From: Mycobacteriales bacterium
Lineage (GTDB): Bacteria; Actinomycetota; Actinomycetes; BP-191
Direction: 5' to 3'
Assembly (NCBI GenBank): GCA_046590575.1
Contig: JBKJUS010000165.1
Coordinates: forward strand, 8,635-72,634
Length of the DNA stretch: 64,000 nucleotides
The notes beneath the pieces were generated by a model, which was not told the origin of the DNA, did no database searches, and was given only the letters and a program-made list of their open reading frames with translations. This document shows, one piece after another, positions 26,816-34,626 of the stretch; the first letter of the stretch is position 1; every line of letters starts with the position of its first letter. The position numbers and the translations under genes are program-made.

Positions 26816-27205
26816 TTGTCTAGCCTGCTTCGCCGTCGGTGCACCCAATACCTTTGGCCCGCAGTGTCCGGTTTGCGACGGTGGGGCGGTTACTCTCGGC
26901 CCACCATCGGCGAGCGGCTGACGGAGTGGCTGCGCACCGGTGAGCACGACGTCCTGATCGCGGAGATCGGTGATCGGTTGATCGGGTCGCTGTGGGAACT
27001 TATCCGCGTTGCGGAGGACCTCGCCCGCGCGGCCGGGGTCCGCAAAATCTGGCTAGGCGTGTACGGACCGAACGCTCGAGCTCGCGCGCTGTATGAGCAG
27101 CTCGGGTACGTCGTCGAGGGAGTCCAGCAGGAGCAGTACCCGCGCCCCACGCTGGGTGTCGCCTGGGACCAAGTGCTCATGGCGAAGTTCCTCGACCGCC
27201 CGTAA
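26816..27205 (+). pseudogene. GNAT-family N-acetyltransferase remnant (N-terminally short, acetyl-CoA motif A missing)
   Basis: GNAT-like HDVLIAEIGDRLIGS... then ...AEDLARAAGVRKIWLGVYGPNARARALYEQLGYV. The R/Q-x-x-G-x-G/A loop that normally lies between these segments is absent. Only about 21 bp separate this ORF from the divergent peptidase start. Confidence 0.45.
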
Positions 27206-27269
27206 TCCGTTTCCACAGATGTGCCGCCCCGACCGTTTCGGGTTCTCGCACCGCATCACGCTAGGGCCC

Positions 27270-28343
27270 ATGACAAGTGACGCGATGCCGGTGCTCCGGC
27301 TCACCAGCCCGGGCGAGTGGCTGCAGGCGATGCCCTACCTCTTCGGCTTCACCCCGCGCGAGAGCATCGTGGTGCTCTGCCTCGGCGGTGCCAACGGCAA
27401 GCGGCTGAAGTTCCAGCTGCGCATCGACGTGCCGGAGCCGGCCGACCGGCGCTCTCTGGTTGTCCACGTCGCGAGCATTCTGGTCAAGCAGCGCTTCCAG
27501 GATGCGCTCGTCGTTTTCTACCGTGACGAGGCGGGCCCGCCGGACGAGAGCGACTGGGAGCTGTGGCGGCTGATCGAGGAGCACGTGGAAATCCCCGGCG
27601 ACATCGTCGATGCGGTCGTGGTGCGAGCGGACCGTTTCTGGTCACTGATCTGCACCAGCCCCACCTGCTGCCCCCCTGAAGGCACACCGGTGCCGACTGT
27701 CGATGATGCCGCCCGGATTCCGGCCGAGATGGTGCTGCGCGGTTGCCGGGTCCAGAAGTCCCGCGACGATGTGGTCGGCGAACTGGCGTCGCTGCCCGGT
27801 CCCGCCCGGGCCCTGCTCGCGCAGCGCTGCCTGGCGGCCGACGAGCAGGTCTTTGCTGAGGATGCAGAGCCTCCGAGCTGGAGTCCGGAGTGGGTGGACA
27901 TGGCGGTACACCGGTGGGCGTCGCTCCTCGACGGGCCGGTCGCCGAGAGTCCGCTCGACCCGGATCTCGTTGCGTCGCTCGTCGTACCCCTCACGCACCT
28001 GTCGTTGCGCGACCGGGTCGCTGGGGTTTGCCTGCTGCGACGCGAGCGGGCCCGTTCGGTCCTGCGTGAGCTCGTCCGACGGCTGCCGGGGGAGTGGGTC
28101 GCTGCCCCGGCAACGATCCTCGGGCTGCTCGAGTGGGCCGACGGAGATGGACTCCGCGCTGGTATTGCCCTCGACCGGGCGTTGGAGGCCGATCCGGCTT
28201 ATCGGTTCGCCGACCTGCTGGCGCACGGCCTGCAGGCAGGGATCCGACTGCCCGACGACTTCGTCCGCGCTGTCACTGCCATGGCGCAACCGTCGCGTCG
28301 ACCCCGAGGTCAGCGGCGGCGGCGTCAGAGGTCTAACGGCTGA
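27270..28343 (+). CDS. DUF4192 domain-containing protein
   Basis: Track ORF 27093..28343, trimmed to ATG 27270. The N-terminus LRLTSPGEWLQAMPYLFGFTPRESIVVLCL is typical of actinobacterial DUF4192. Confidence 0.7.
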   Translation: MTSDAMPVLRLTSPGEWLQAMPYLFGFTPRESIVVLCLGGANGKRLKFQLRIDVPEPADRRSLVVHVASILVKQRFQDALVVFYRDEAGPPDESDWELWRLIEEHVEIPGDIVDAVVVRADRFWSLICTSPTCCPPEGTPVPTVDDAARIPAEMVLRGCRVQKSRDDVVGELASLPGPARALLAQRCLAADEQVFAEDAEPPSWSPEWVDMAVHRWASLLDGPVAESPLDPDLVASLVVPLTHLSLRDRVAGVCLLRRERARSVLRELVRRLPGEWVAAPATILGLLEWADGDGLRAGIALDRALEADPAYRFADLLAHGLQAGIRLPDDFVRAVTAMAQPSRRPRGQRRRRQRSNG

Positions 28344-29361
28344 CGGTCATCCCGGCGGACCGCAGGTCCTCGCAGCCTTGCACGACCCGCGCCGCCATGT
28401 TCTTCTCCGCAGCCTTGCTGTAGGAGCGCGGGTCGTAGAGCTTCTTGGCGCCGACCTCGCCGTCGATCTTGAGCACGCCGTCATAGTTGGCGAACATGTG
28501 CCCGGCGATCGGGCGGGTGTAGGCGTACTGCGTGTCGGTGTCGATGTTCATCTTGATGACGCCGTAGTCGATGGTTTCGCGTATCTCGGTGAGCAAGGAT
28601 CCGCTGCCCCCGTGGAAGACCAGGTCGAAGGCAGCCGCGTCGCCGTACTTGTCGGTGACTGCCTTCTGGCCGTCGCGCAGGATGGACGGTCGCAGCTTGA
28701 CGTTGCCTGGCTTGTAGACGCCGTGCACGTTGCCGAATGTCGCCGCGAGGATGTACCGACCCCGGTCACCGGTGCCCAGCCGCTCGGCCACGGTCAGCAT
28801 GTCCTCGGGCGTTGTGTAGAGCTTCTCGTTGGGCACACCCTCGTTGTCGACGCCGTCCTCCTCGCCCCCGACGACGCCGGCCTCGATCTCGAGGATGACG
28901 TCCATCGCGGCGCACTCTTCGAGCAGCTGCTCGGCGATCGTCAGGTTCTCGTCCAGCGGCAGGGCAGAGCCGTCGAACATGTGGCTCTGGAAAAGCGGGC
29001 CCTGTCCTCTCTTGTGACGCTCGGCCGACTCGGCCATCAGCGGTCGCATGAAGCCGTCGAGCTTGTCCGCCGGGCAGTGGTCGGTGTGCATCGCGATGTT
29101 GACCCGGTAGCGGGCCGCGACCCGGAAGGCATAGTCGGCGAGTGCAGCCGCGCCCAGGGCCATGTCTTTCGGCTGACCGGAGAGGAACTCGCCACCTCCG
29201 GTGCTGACCTGGATGATCCCGTCGCTCTCCGCCTCGGCGAAGCCAGCCAGCGCGGCGTTGAGTGAAGACGAGGACGTCACGTTGATCGCCGGGAAGGCGT
29301 AGCGGCCGACCTGCGCGGCGTCGAGCATGGCGCGGTAGGTCTCGGGGGTCGCGATGGGCAC
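28333..29361 (-). CDS. fbaA: Class II fructose-bisphosphate aldolase
   Basis: MPIATPETYRAMLDAA...YAFPAINVTSS...IIQVSTGG...HTDHC...FHGGSGS. Full length, 342 aa. Confidence 0.92.
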   Translation of the reverse strand: MPIATPETYRAMLDAAQVGRYAFPAINVTSSSSLNAALAGFAEAESDGIIQVSTGGGEFLSGQPKDMALGAAALADYAFRVAARYRVNIAMHTDHCPADKLDGFMRPLMAESAERHKRGQGPLFQSHMFDGSALPLDENLTIAEQLLEECAAMDVILEIEAGVVGGEEDGVDNEGVPNEKLYTTPEDMLTVAERLGTGDRGRYILAATFGNVHGVYKPGNVKLRPSILRDGQKAVTDKYGDAAAFDLVFHGGSGSLLTEIRETIDYGVIKMNIDTDTQYAYTRPIAGHMFANYDGVLKIDGEVGAKKLYDPRSYSKAAEKNMAARVVQGCEDLRSAGMTVSR

Positions 29362-29427
29362 GTGGTTCCTCTCGGCCGGGTCCGGGCGCCGATCAGGCTA
29401 GCGCGGTCGGCCGATCGGGGGGAGTGC

Positions 29428-30585
29428 TCAGTGGCGGCGAACCTGGTGAAACCCGAAGCCGTACGTCACCGCGCCCAGCAGGACGAGGGCTACGGCCGAC
29501 AACACGAGGAGCTGGACGGGGCCGCCGGTCGTCGGCAGGTGCGGCGCGGCGGGCGTCTTCACGAGCTTCACGCCCAGGACGGTCGCCGGTGCCGGATCGG
29601 TCGGCTCAGCGGAGGTGCTAGCGGGGCCGGGCGCTTGCGTCACTGCGGCGTCTACCTCGGTCAAGAGGTCGGGTGCACCGGGCGAGCTCGCCTCGACGGA
29701 AGGCAGGGGGCTCACTCCCGAAGCGGCGCTTGCGCTTTGGCTGGCGCTCGCGCTTTGGCTGGCGCCGGGGGTGGCGCTCTCGCTGACGCTAGCGCTGGGA
29801 CTGGCGCTCTGGCTGGCACTCGCGCTCGTGCTGGGACTGGCGCTTTGGCTGGCACTCGCGCTGGCGCTGGCGCTGGCGCTGGCGCTGGGACTGGGACTGG
29901 AACTGGCGCTTTGGCTTGCGCTGGCGCTCGCACTCGCGCTCGCACTCGCACTGGCGCTCGCACTGGCACTGGCGCTGGCGCTTGCGCTCGCACTGGCGCT
30001 TGCGCTGGCGCTTGCGCTCGCACTGGCGCTTGCGCTGGCACTTGCGCTGGCACTTGCGCTGGCGGAGGGCGACGGCGATGGCGAGGCGCAGCTGTCCAGC
30101 CAGAACGTCTTGGTCTTGGTGTCCGCGCCCTGCGACCCGGTCACCGTCACCACCACCGTGATGTGGTAGCCCTGGTTCACCTGCAGCGTCAGTCCAGCGG
30201 TGTTCAGGCGGTAGAGCTCGCTGTGGTCGAGGGTGTTACCTGGTCCTGATCCGGTGAAGGTGAAGCCGCTGGAGCCGGTGAACGGAACGACGAGCGAAGT
30301 GCCGCTGGGCGGTTGGGCGGTGAACGTGACTGTCGTCGTCTGGGTGCCGGTGTCGAAACCGAACCACTCGACCCGGAAGGGGCAGCGGACATGTGGGTCG
30401 TTGCCGACCCCCGGGCCGACCTCCTGACCGTCGATCTTGATCGTTCCATCGTTGCCAGGCGGCGACCCGACTGCGCTGCGGGCCGGCGCGACGATGACGA
30501 GCGTCGTCAGCGTCGCCACGCTGGCGAAGACGATGCAGGAAAGGACCGGGGTCCGCTGGGTCTGAACAGCAGAACGAACCGACAT
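29428..30585 (-). CDS. LPXTG-anchored surface protein with N-terminal beta-rich domain and long (Ser-Ala)n spacer
   Basis: A signal peptide, a roughly 125-aa globular domain bracketed by Cys (RCPF...WLDSC) and a roughly 120-aa SA/SP/SQ-rich repeat. The tail is LPTTG + hydrophobic helix + HQVRRH. Confidence 0.75.
   Translation of the reverse strand: MSVRSAVQTQRTPVLSCIVFASVATLTTLVIVAPARSAVGSPPGNDGTIKIDGQEVGPGVGNDPHVRCPFRVEWFGFDTGTQTTTVTFTAQPPSGTSLVVPFTGSSGFTFTGSGPGNTLDHSELYRLNTAGLTLQVNQGYHITVVVTVTGSQGADTKTKTFWLDSCASPSPSPSASASASASASASASASASASASASASASASASASASASASASASASASASQSASSSPSPSASASASASASASQSASPSTSASASQSASPSASVSESATPGASQSASASQSASAASGVSPLPSVEASSPGAPDLLTEVDAAVTQAPGPASTSAEPTDPAPATVLGVKLVKTPAAPHLPTTGGPVQLLVLSAVALVLLGAVTYGFGFHQVRRH
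29719..30087 (-). repeat. Hexanucleotide (GCGCTS/GCACTS-type) microsatellite encoding (Ser-Ala)n
   Basis: Visible tandem period-6 repeats (ggcgctggcgct, cgcactcgcgct and similar) across about 370 bp. All alternative frames stay open, which generates several shadow ORFs in the track. Confidence 0.85.
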
Positions 30586-30788
30586 GGTGAACCAGCATTC
30601 GTGACGTCGACCGAGTCGGTCTCACCACTGGCTCCCCGCTGCCGCGGCTGGTGACCGGGGACGGCAGCGGATCTTCGCCTCTCGGACGCTGATGACCACG
30701 ATGACCGCGTCGCGGTCCCTCGCCCATGGTCACTTGGAGTGAATTATGGATAGCCTGACCTAACCGGACGGTCATGATCATCATCCAC

Positions 30789-31697
30789 TCAGAGTTCGCC
30801 GGGCGGTCCCTGTTCGGCGAGGAAACGCTCGAGCTCAGCACCGATCTCGTCGGCCGTCGGCAACGTGCTTCCATCGGCCAGCAGCGACCGCCCACGTCCG
30901 GCGACGAAGGCGTCGTACTGCTCCTCGAGGGCCCGCACGACCGCCGCAACCTCATCGGACTGGGCGACCTGCTCGTCGATCAGCCGACGCGTGACGGTGG
31001 CTGCCACGGCGAGCGCGTCGGTCGGCAGGACCAAGCCGGAGATGCGGGACACCGACTGCAGAAGCATGTCGGCGGCGGCCGGGTATTCCGCCTGGGCGAC
31101 ATAGTGCGGTACGTGGACGGCGAAGCCCGCGGCATCCCGCCCGGCCTCGCCAAGGCGGAACTCGATGAGGTGGCCAGCGGCGCCGGGAACCTGGACCTCT
31201 GCCACCCATGACTCGAAGCCAGCGACGATCTCCGGCCGACTGGCGTGCGCGATCACGCCGACCGGGCGCGTATGCGGTACACCCATCGGAATCGCGTTGA
31301 GCCCGACCGAGAGTCGGATGTCGAGCTCCTCAGCGAGCAGCTGCACCGCTCCGACGAACCGTTCCCATTGGTAATCGGGCTCGGGACCGCTGAGCAGGAG
31401 GTACGGCGTGCCGGCGTCGTCGAGAAGGGTGTGGACGGCCAGCTCAGGTGCCTCGTAGCTGTCCCAGTGGTCCTCGATGAAGACCATGGGCGGCCGGCGG
31501 GCGCGGTAGTCGAGCAGTTGGTCGACGTCGAAGGTCGCCACTTTGCTCGCTTCGCCGGAAGCGAGCAGGTGCGCGCGGGCGAGTTGGCGGGCTGCGCCGG
31601 CGTCGACGAATCCGTCGAGGGCCTGCACGAGCACCGGACGGCCCAGGTCAGGCAGGTTGGGCTCGAGCTGGTAGAGCTCGCGAGGGTCGAGCGGCAC
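30789..31697 (-). CDS. PAC2 (proteasome assembly chaperone 2-like) family protein
   Basis: The N-terminus LYQLEPNLPDLGRPVLVQALDGFVDAGAA and the roughly 300-aa length are typical of actinobacterial PAC2-family proteins. Confidence 0.75.
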   Translation of the reverse strand: MPLDPRELYQLEPNLPDLGRPVLVQALDGFVDAGAARQLARAHLLASGEASKVATFDVDQLLDYRARRPPMVFIEDHWDSYEAPELAVHTLLDDAGTPYLLLSGPEPDYQWERFVGAVQLLAEELDIRLSVGLNAIPMGVPHTRPVGVIAHASRPEIVAGFESWVAEVQVPGAAGHLIEFRLGEAGRDAAGFAVHVPHYVAQAEYPAAADMLLQSVSRISGLVLPTDALAVAATVTRRLIDEQVAQSDEVAAVVRALEEQYDAFVAGRGRSLLADGSTLPTADEIGAELERFLAEQGPPGEL

Positions 31698-31756
31698 GTT
31701 GTCTCCGGTCCGGCTGGTCCTGCTGCGCTGTCACATCGGGATGAGAGCATCGTCCC

Positions 31757-32236
31757 ATGCCGACCTGGGACGAGTTCCGCGTGGCGGTGCCCGACCTGGC
31801 TCGTCTGGCGGAGGCGAGGCTCCTCGCGCACAAGCACCTCACGATGGCGACGATTCGTCGCGACGGCGCGCCACGCATCAGCGGCACCGAGGCGGTCCTG
31901 CGCGATGGTGACCTGTGGCTGGCGGGGATGACCGGTGCGCGTCGCTTCGCCGACCTCCGCCGCGATCCGCGGGTCGCGCTGCACAGCGGGTCTGAGGATC
32001 CCGACACCTGGACCGGCGACGCGAAGGTGTCCGGTGTCGCGGCGCAGACCACCGACCCGGGGGACTACCGGAGGTTTGCCGAGGATCCGGACCAGGCGTC
32101 CCACCCGGGCGACTTCGAGCTCTTCCGGGTCGACATCACCGACGTGGTCGTCGTGCGGCTGAGCGATGACAAGGATCACCTGATCATCGAATCGTGGCGA
32201 CCCGGCCGAGGGTTAACACGCGTCGAGCGCCGCTAG
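31757..32236 (+). CDS. Pyridoxamine 5'-phosphate oxidase-like (split-barrel flavin/F420-binding) family protein
   Basis: HLTMATIRRDGAPRISGTEAVLRDGDLWLAGMTGARRFADLRRDPRVALHSG. 159 aa. Confidence 0.7.
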   Translation: MPTWDEFRVAVPDLARLAEARLLAHKHLTMATIRRDGAPRISGTEAVLRDGDLWLAGMTGARRFADLRRDPRVALHSGSEDPDTWTGDAKVSGVAAQTTDPGDYRRFAEDPDQASHPGDFELFRVDITDVVVVRLSDDKDHLIIESWRPGRGLTRVERR

Positions 32237-32604
32237 TGGGGTGAGGGCAGCGGGCGACGGCCTAGGAACCCGAGATCGGCCCGGTGATACCACCCGAGCT
32301 CGGCATCGCCTTCCAGCCAGCAGAGCAAGACCGACTGCCCATCGAGCTCGGCCGGGAAGTCGAGCAGGAGCGGTGCGATGCCCTTCACCTGCACCTCGCC
32401 TTCGGTCAACGCGGTCAGCAGCTCGTCCAGGCGCGCCTGAGCGGCTTTGAGCTCTGGCAGCCCGCCAAGGTCGCTGAGCGGCCCTCCTTGCAGTGATCTC
32501 TGCAGCTCGGCGGTGTCGGCCCGCAGCGAGATGATCTCATCGAGCGCGGGGCGCAAGGCAGCGAGACGGAGGCGGGCCTCTTCGATCGTGTAGAGCGGGG
32601 GCAT
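32233..32604 (-). CDS. DUF2203 domain-containing protein
   Basis: Track ORF runs to 32649; trimmed to ATG 32604 (MPPLYTIEEARLRL). C-terminal LLLDFPAELDGQSVLLCWLEGDAELGWYH. Confidence 0.65.
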   Translation of the reverse strand: MPPLYTIEEARLRLAALRPALDEIISLRADTAELQRSLQGGPLSDLGGLPELKAAQARLDELLTALTEGEVQVKGIAPLLLDFPAELDGQSVLLCWLEGDAELGWYHRADLGFLGRRPLPSPH

Positions 32605-32780
32605 GACCGACACCGTACGACGCCGCCCCCGGACTTGCTGCACAAGCATCCACCGAACGGGTATTCAGGTAGTCTGGCAATGCGCCGATGAGGCGTGTGT
32701 CGACCCGCTCATGGCCCCCGGACCCAACCCTGTCGCTACGAGCGACGCTGCGCCGTGAGGCGACCTGGCGGGATCGGCAC

Positions 32781-32816
32781 GCAGCAGCCTCGGACGTTCG
32801 CGTCCGGGGCTGCTGT
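32781..32816 (-). terminator. Nested GC-rich hairpin with a UUCG-type tetraloop; candidate intrinsic terminator of the PAS/MBL/sigma4-like operon
   Basis: gcagcagcc-t-cggacg-ttcg-cgtccg-g-ggctgctg(t), about 25 nt downstream of the stop at 32841. No U-tract. Confidence 0.45.
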
Positions 32817-32840
32817 GCTGTCGAGCCTCGAGCGGCCTGG

Positions 32841-33188
32841 TCAGTCGGCGGGGGCAGCGGTGCGCCGGTTTCCAGCCACTCGCGAATAGAGCTCGCCGGA
32901 GTCGACGTCGGCGTCGGCCAGCGCGCCCCGCAGCAACTGCAGGGCGCTGCGGGTGAGGGCGTCCGCGTCGTCGGCGGACAGCGACAGCTCGGCGGCCACC
33001 CCGTCGGTGCCTTCGTCGAGTCCAAAGGCGACTACCGCGGCCGCTCGTTCGGCCTGCGGAAGGGCGGCCAGTGCCCCGTTCAGGCGCAACAACAGCTCGG
33101 CGTCAGCTGTCGACGCGGTCGGGGCAGCCACCCCGTCGGCGACCTCGGACGGCACAGGCCGCAGGCGAGGGGGTCGGGAGACGGTCAT
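32841..33188 (-). CDS. Small protein consisting essentially of a sigma-70 region-4-like HTH
   Basis: Track ORF runs to 33323; trimmed to ATG 33188, 10 nt after the upstream stop. LNGALAALPQAERAAAVVAFGLDEGTDGVAAELSLSADDADALTRSALQLLRGAL matches the region-4 pattern (LP..ER...helix-turn-helix...R.AL..LR). Confidence 0.5.
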   Translation of the reverse strand: MTVSRPPRLRPVPSEVADGVAAPTASTADAELLLRLNGALAALPQAERAAAVVAFGLDEGTDGVAAELSLSADDADALTRSALQLLRGALADADVDSGELYSRVAGNRRTAAPAD

Positions 33189-33198
33189 GCCTTGCTTC

Positions 33199-34092
33199 CT
33201 ACACTGCGGGAGCGATCCGTGCGGCCGGAATGAGCGGCAGGATTGGCGTGTCGAGGTTGATATCCATGCCCTCGTAGGCGAGGACCGGAGGGTGCGGCCG
33301 GTCGCCCCACAGGTCGCAGGCACGGACCAGCAGCTCCTCGAGCTGGGAGTCGCTGTGCGCCGGGTCGTGGTGGAAGAGCACCAGCTGGCTCACGTCGCTG
33401 ACCAGCGCGTAGTCGACGACGTGGCGAACGCTCGAATGGCCCCACCCGCGGTGCGTCTCGAACTCTTCCTCCGTGTACTGCGCGTCGTGCAGCAGCACGT
33501 CGGCGCGCAGTGCGAGCCCATAACCGGAGAGCCAGGCGACCTCTGACGTTCGAAAGCTGGCGCCGAGCGCTGGCTCGTGGTCGGGCAGGTAGGCGAGCGA
33601 CTTGCCGCCTTCCTCGATGCGGTAGCCGACCGTCGGACCGCGGTGCATGACCGGCGCGGCCCCGAGCTCTGCTCCGCCGAGCACGGTGCCGTCGAAGGGC
33701 GCGTCATGGCAGATCACGGTCGCGGGCACGTCGACAAGGCTGACGGGGAAGAGCGGGTCGGACATGTACGACGAGACGCGGTCCTGGAGGGATCGGGTGG
33801 GGGATGGCGGGCCCCAGAGGTGTACTTCGACTCCTGCCTGGTAGAGCGGCGCGAAGAAGGCGAGTCCCTGCAGGTGGTCAAGGTGGAGATGCGTCAGCAG
33901 CACGTGGATCTCGGTCTCGCCCTCGGCAACCAGGAGCCCGCCGAGCTCGCGCATGCCCGTGCCCGCGTCAAGGACGACGACTGGGCCGTCGGCGAGTCGG
34001 ACCTCGACGCAGCTCGTGTTGCCGCCGTAGCGCACGGTGTGCGGCCCGGGCGACGCGATGGAGCCACGACAACCCCAGATGCGCGCCCGCAT
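33199..34092 (-). CDS. MBL-fold metallo-hydrolase (Lactamase_B_2 / phosphodiesterase-like)
   Basis: HxHxDH motif in VLLTHLHLDHLQGL. The N-terminus MRARIWGCRGSIASPG...YGGNTSCVEV is typical of this MBL subgroup. Stop/start overlap with the PAS gene (TGATG at 34090-34094). Confidence 0.8.
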   Translation of the reverse strand: MRARIWGCRGSIASPGPHTVRYGGNTSCVEVRLADGPVVVLDAGTGMRELGGLLVAEGETEIHVLLTHLHLDHLQGLAFFAPLYQAGVEVHLWGPPSPTRSLQDRVSSYMSDPLFPVSLVDVPATVICHDAPFDGTVLGGAELGAAPVMHRGPTVGYRIEEGGKSLAYLPDHEPALGASFRTSEVAWLSGYGLALRADVLLHDAQYTEEEFETHRGWGHSSVRHVVDYALVSDVSQLVLFHHDPAHSDSQLEELLVRACDLWGDRPHPPVLAYEGMDINLDTPILPLIPAARIAPAV

Positions 34093-34511
34093 CAGCCGGC
34101 AGACCCGGCTGCGGGGGCAGCCTCCCAGAAGGTTGCCATCACTCCGACGAAGTCCTGCTTGCGCGAGAAGAGGGGGATTGCGGTGAGTTCGACGGTGCGG
34201 CGGGTGCCGTCCGGGTCGGTGACCTGCTGGATGGCGTGCACGGGCGTCCGCTGCTCGAGCGCGATGACGATGGGCATCTCCTCGCGACTCTCCGGAGAGC
34301 CGTCCGAGCGCGTGGGGGCGAATTTCGCCGCCCAGTCCCCCGAGCGCAGCTCACCGGTGTCGCCGAACGGCCCGCCGAAGGCGACCTCGGCCGCCTCGTT
34401 GTAAAAGACGAGGGTGTTGGTCGGGTCGACCAGGAAGACGGGTACGGCGACGTTGGACGCAAACTCTCGCGCCAGGATCAGCGCCAAGCCCTTCTGACCG
34501 CCCATGTCCAT
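34092..34511 (-). CDS. Stand-alone PAS domain protein
   Basis: Track ORF runs to 34544; trimmed to ATG 34511 (MDMGGQ), start uncertain. PAS-like FLVDPTNTLVFYNEAAEVAFG...DPDGTRRTVELTAIPLFSRKQDFVGVMATFWE. Confidence 0.6.
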   Translation of the reverse strand: MDMGGQKGLALILAREFASNVAVPVFLVDPTNTLVFYNEAAEVAFGGPFGDTGELRSGDWAAKFAPTRSDGSPESREEMPIVIALEQRTPVHAIQQVTDPDGTRRTVELTAIPLFSRKQDFVGVMATFWEAAPAAGSAG

Positions 34512-34626
34512 GAGCGGGGACGATACGCACCGGCTCGCCTGCACGGAAGGGTGATCTTGCTCACGTGTCGCGGGCGGGCCGCAATCCGGTCGCCCTGGTC
34601 ACGCAGGCTTGCGATGATCGGCAGCC

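Noticed and set aside
27703-29265. 520-aa plus-strand ORF overlapping the DUF4192 3' half and all of fbaA
   Set aside because: It is out of frame with or antisense to two confidently recognised genes (fbaA is full length on the minus strand). It has no motifs and a shadow-ORF composition.
29615-30169. Leu-Ala repeat ORFs and a possible CRISPR-like or other repeat array in the 29.7-30.1 kb region
   Set aside because: The period is 6 bp with no unique spacers, so it is not a CRISPR array. The LALALA and PAQAPV ORFs are alternative-frame readings of the same microsatellite. Its minus-strand frame is bracketed by a signal peptide and an LPXTG anchor.
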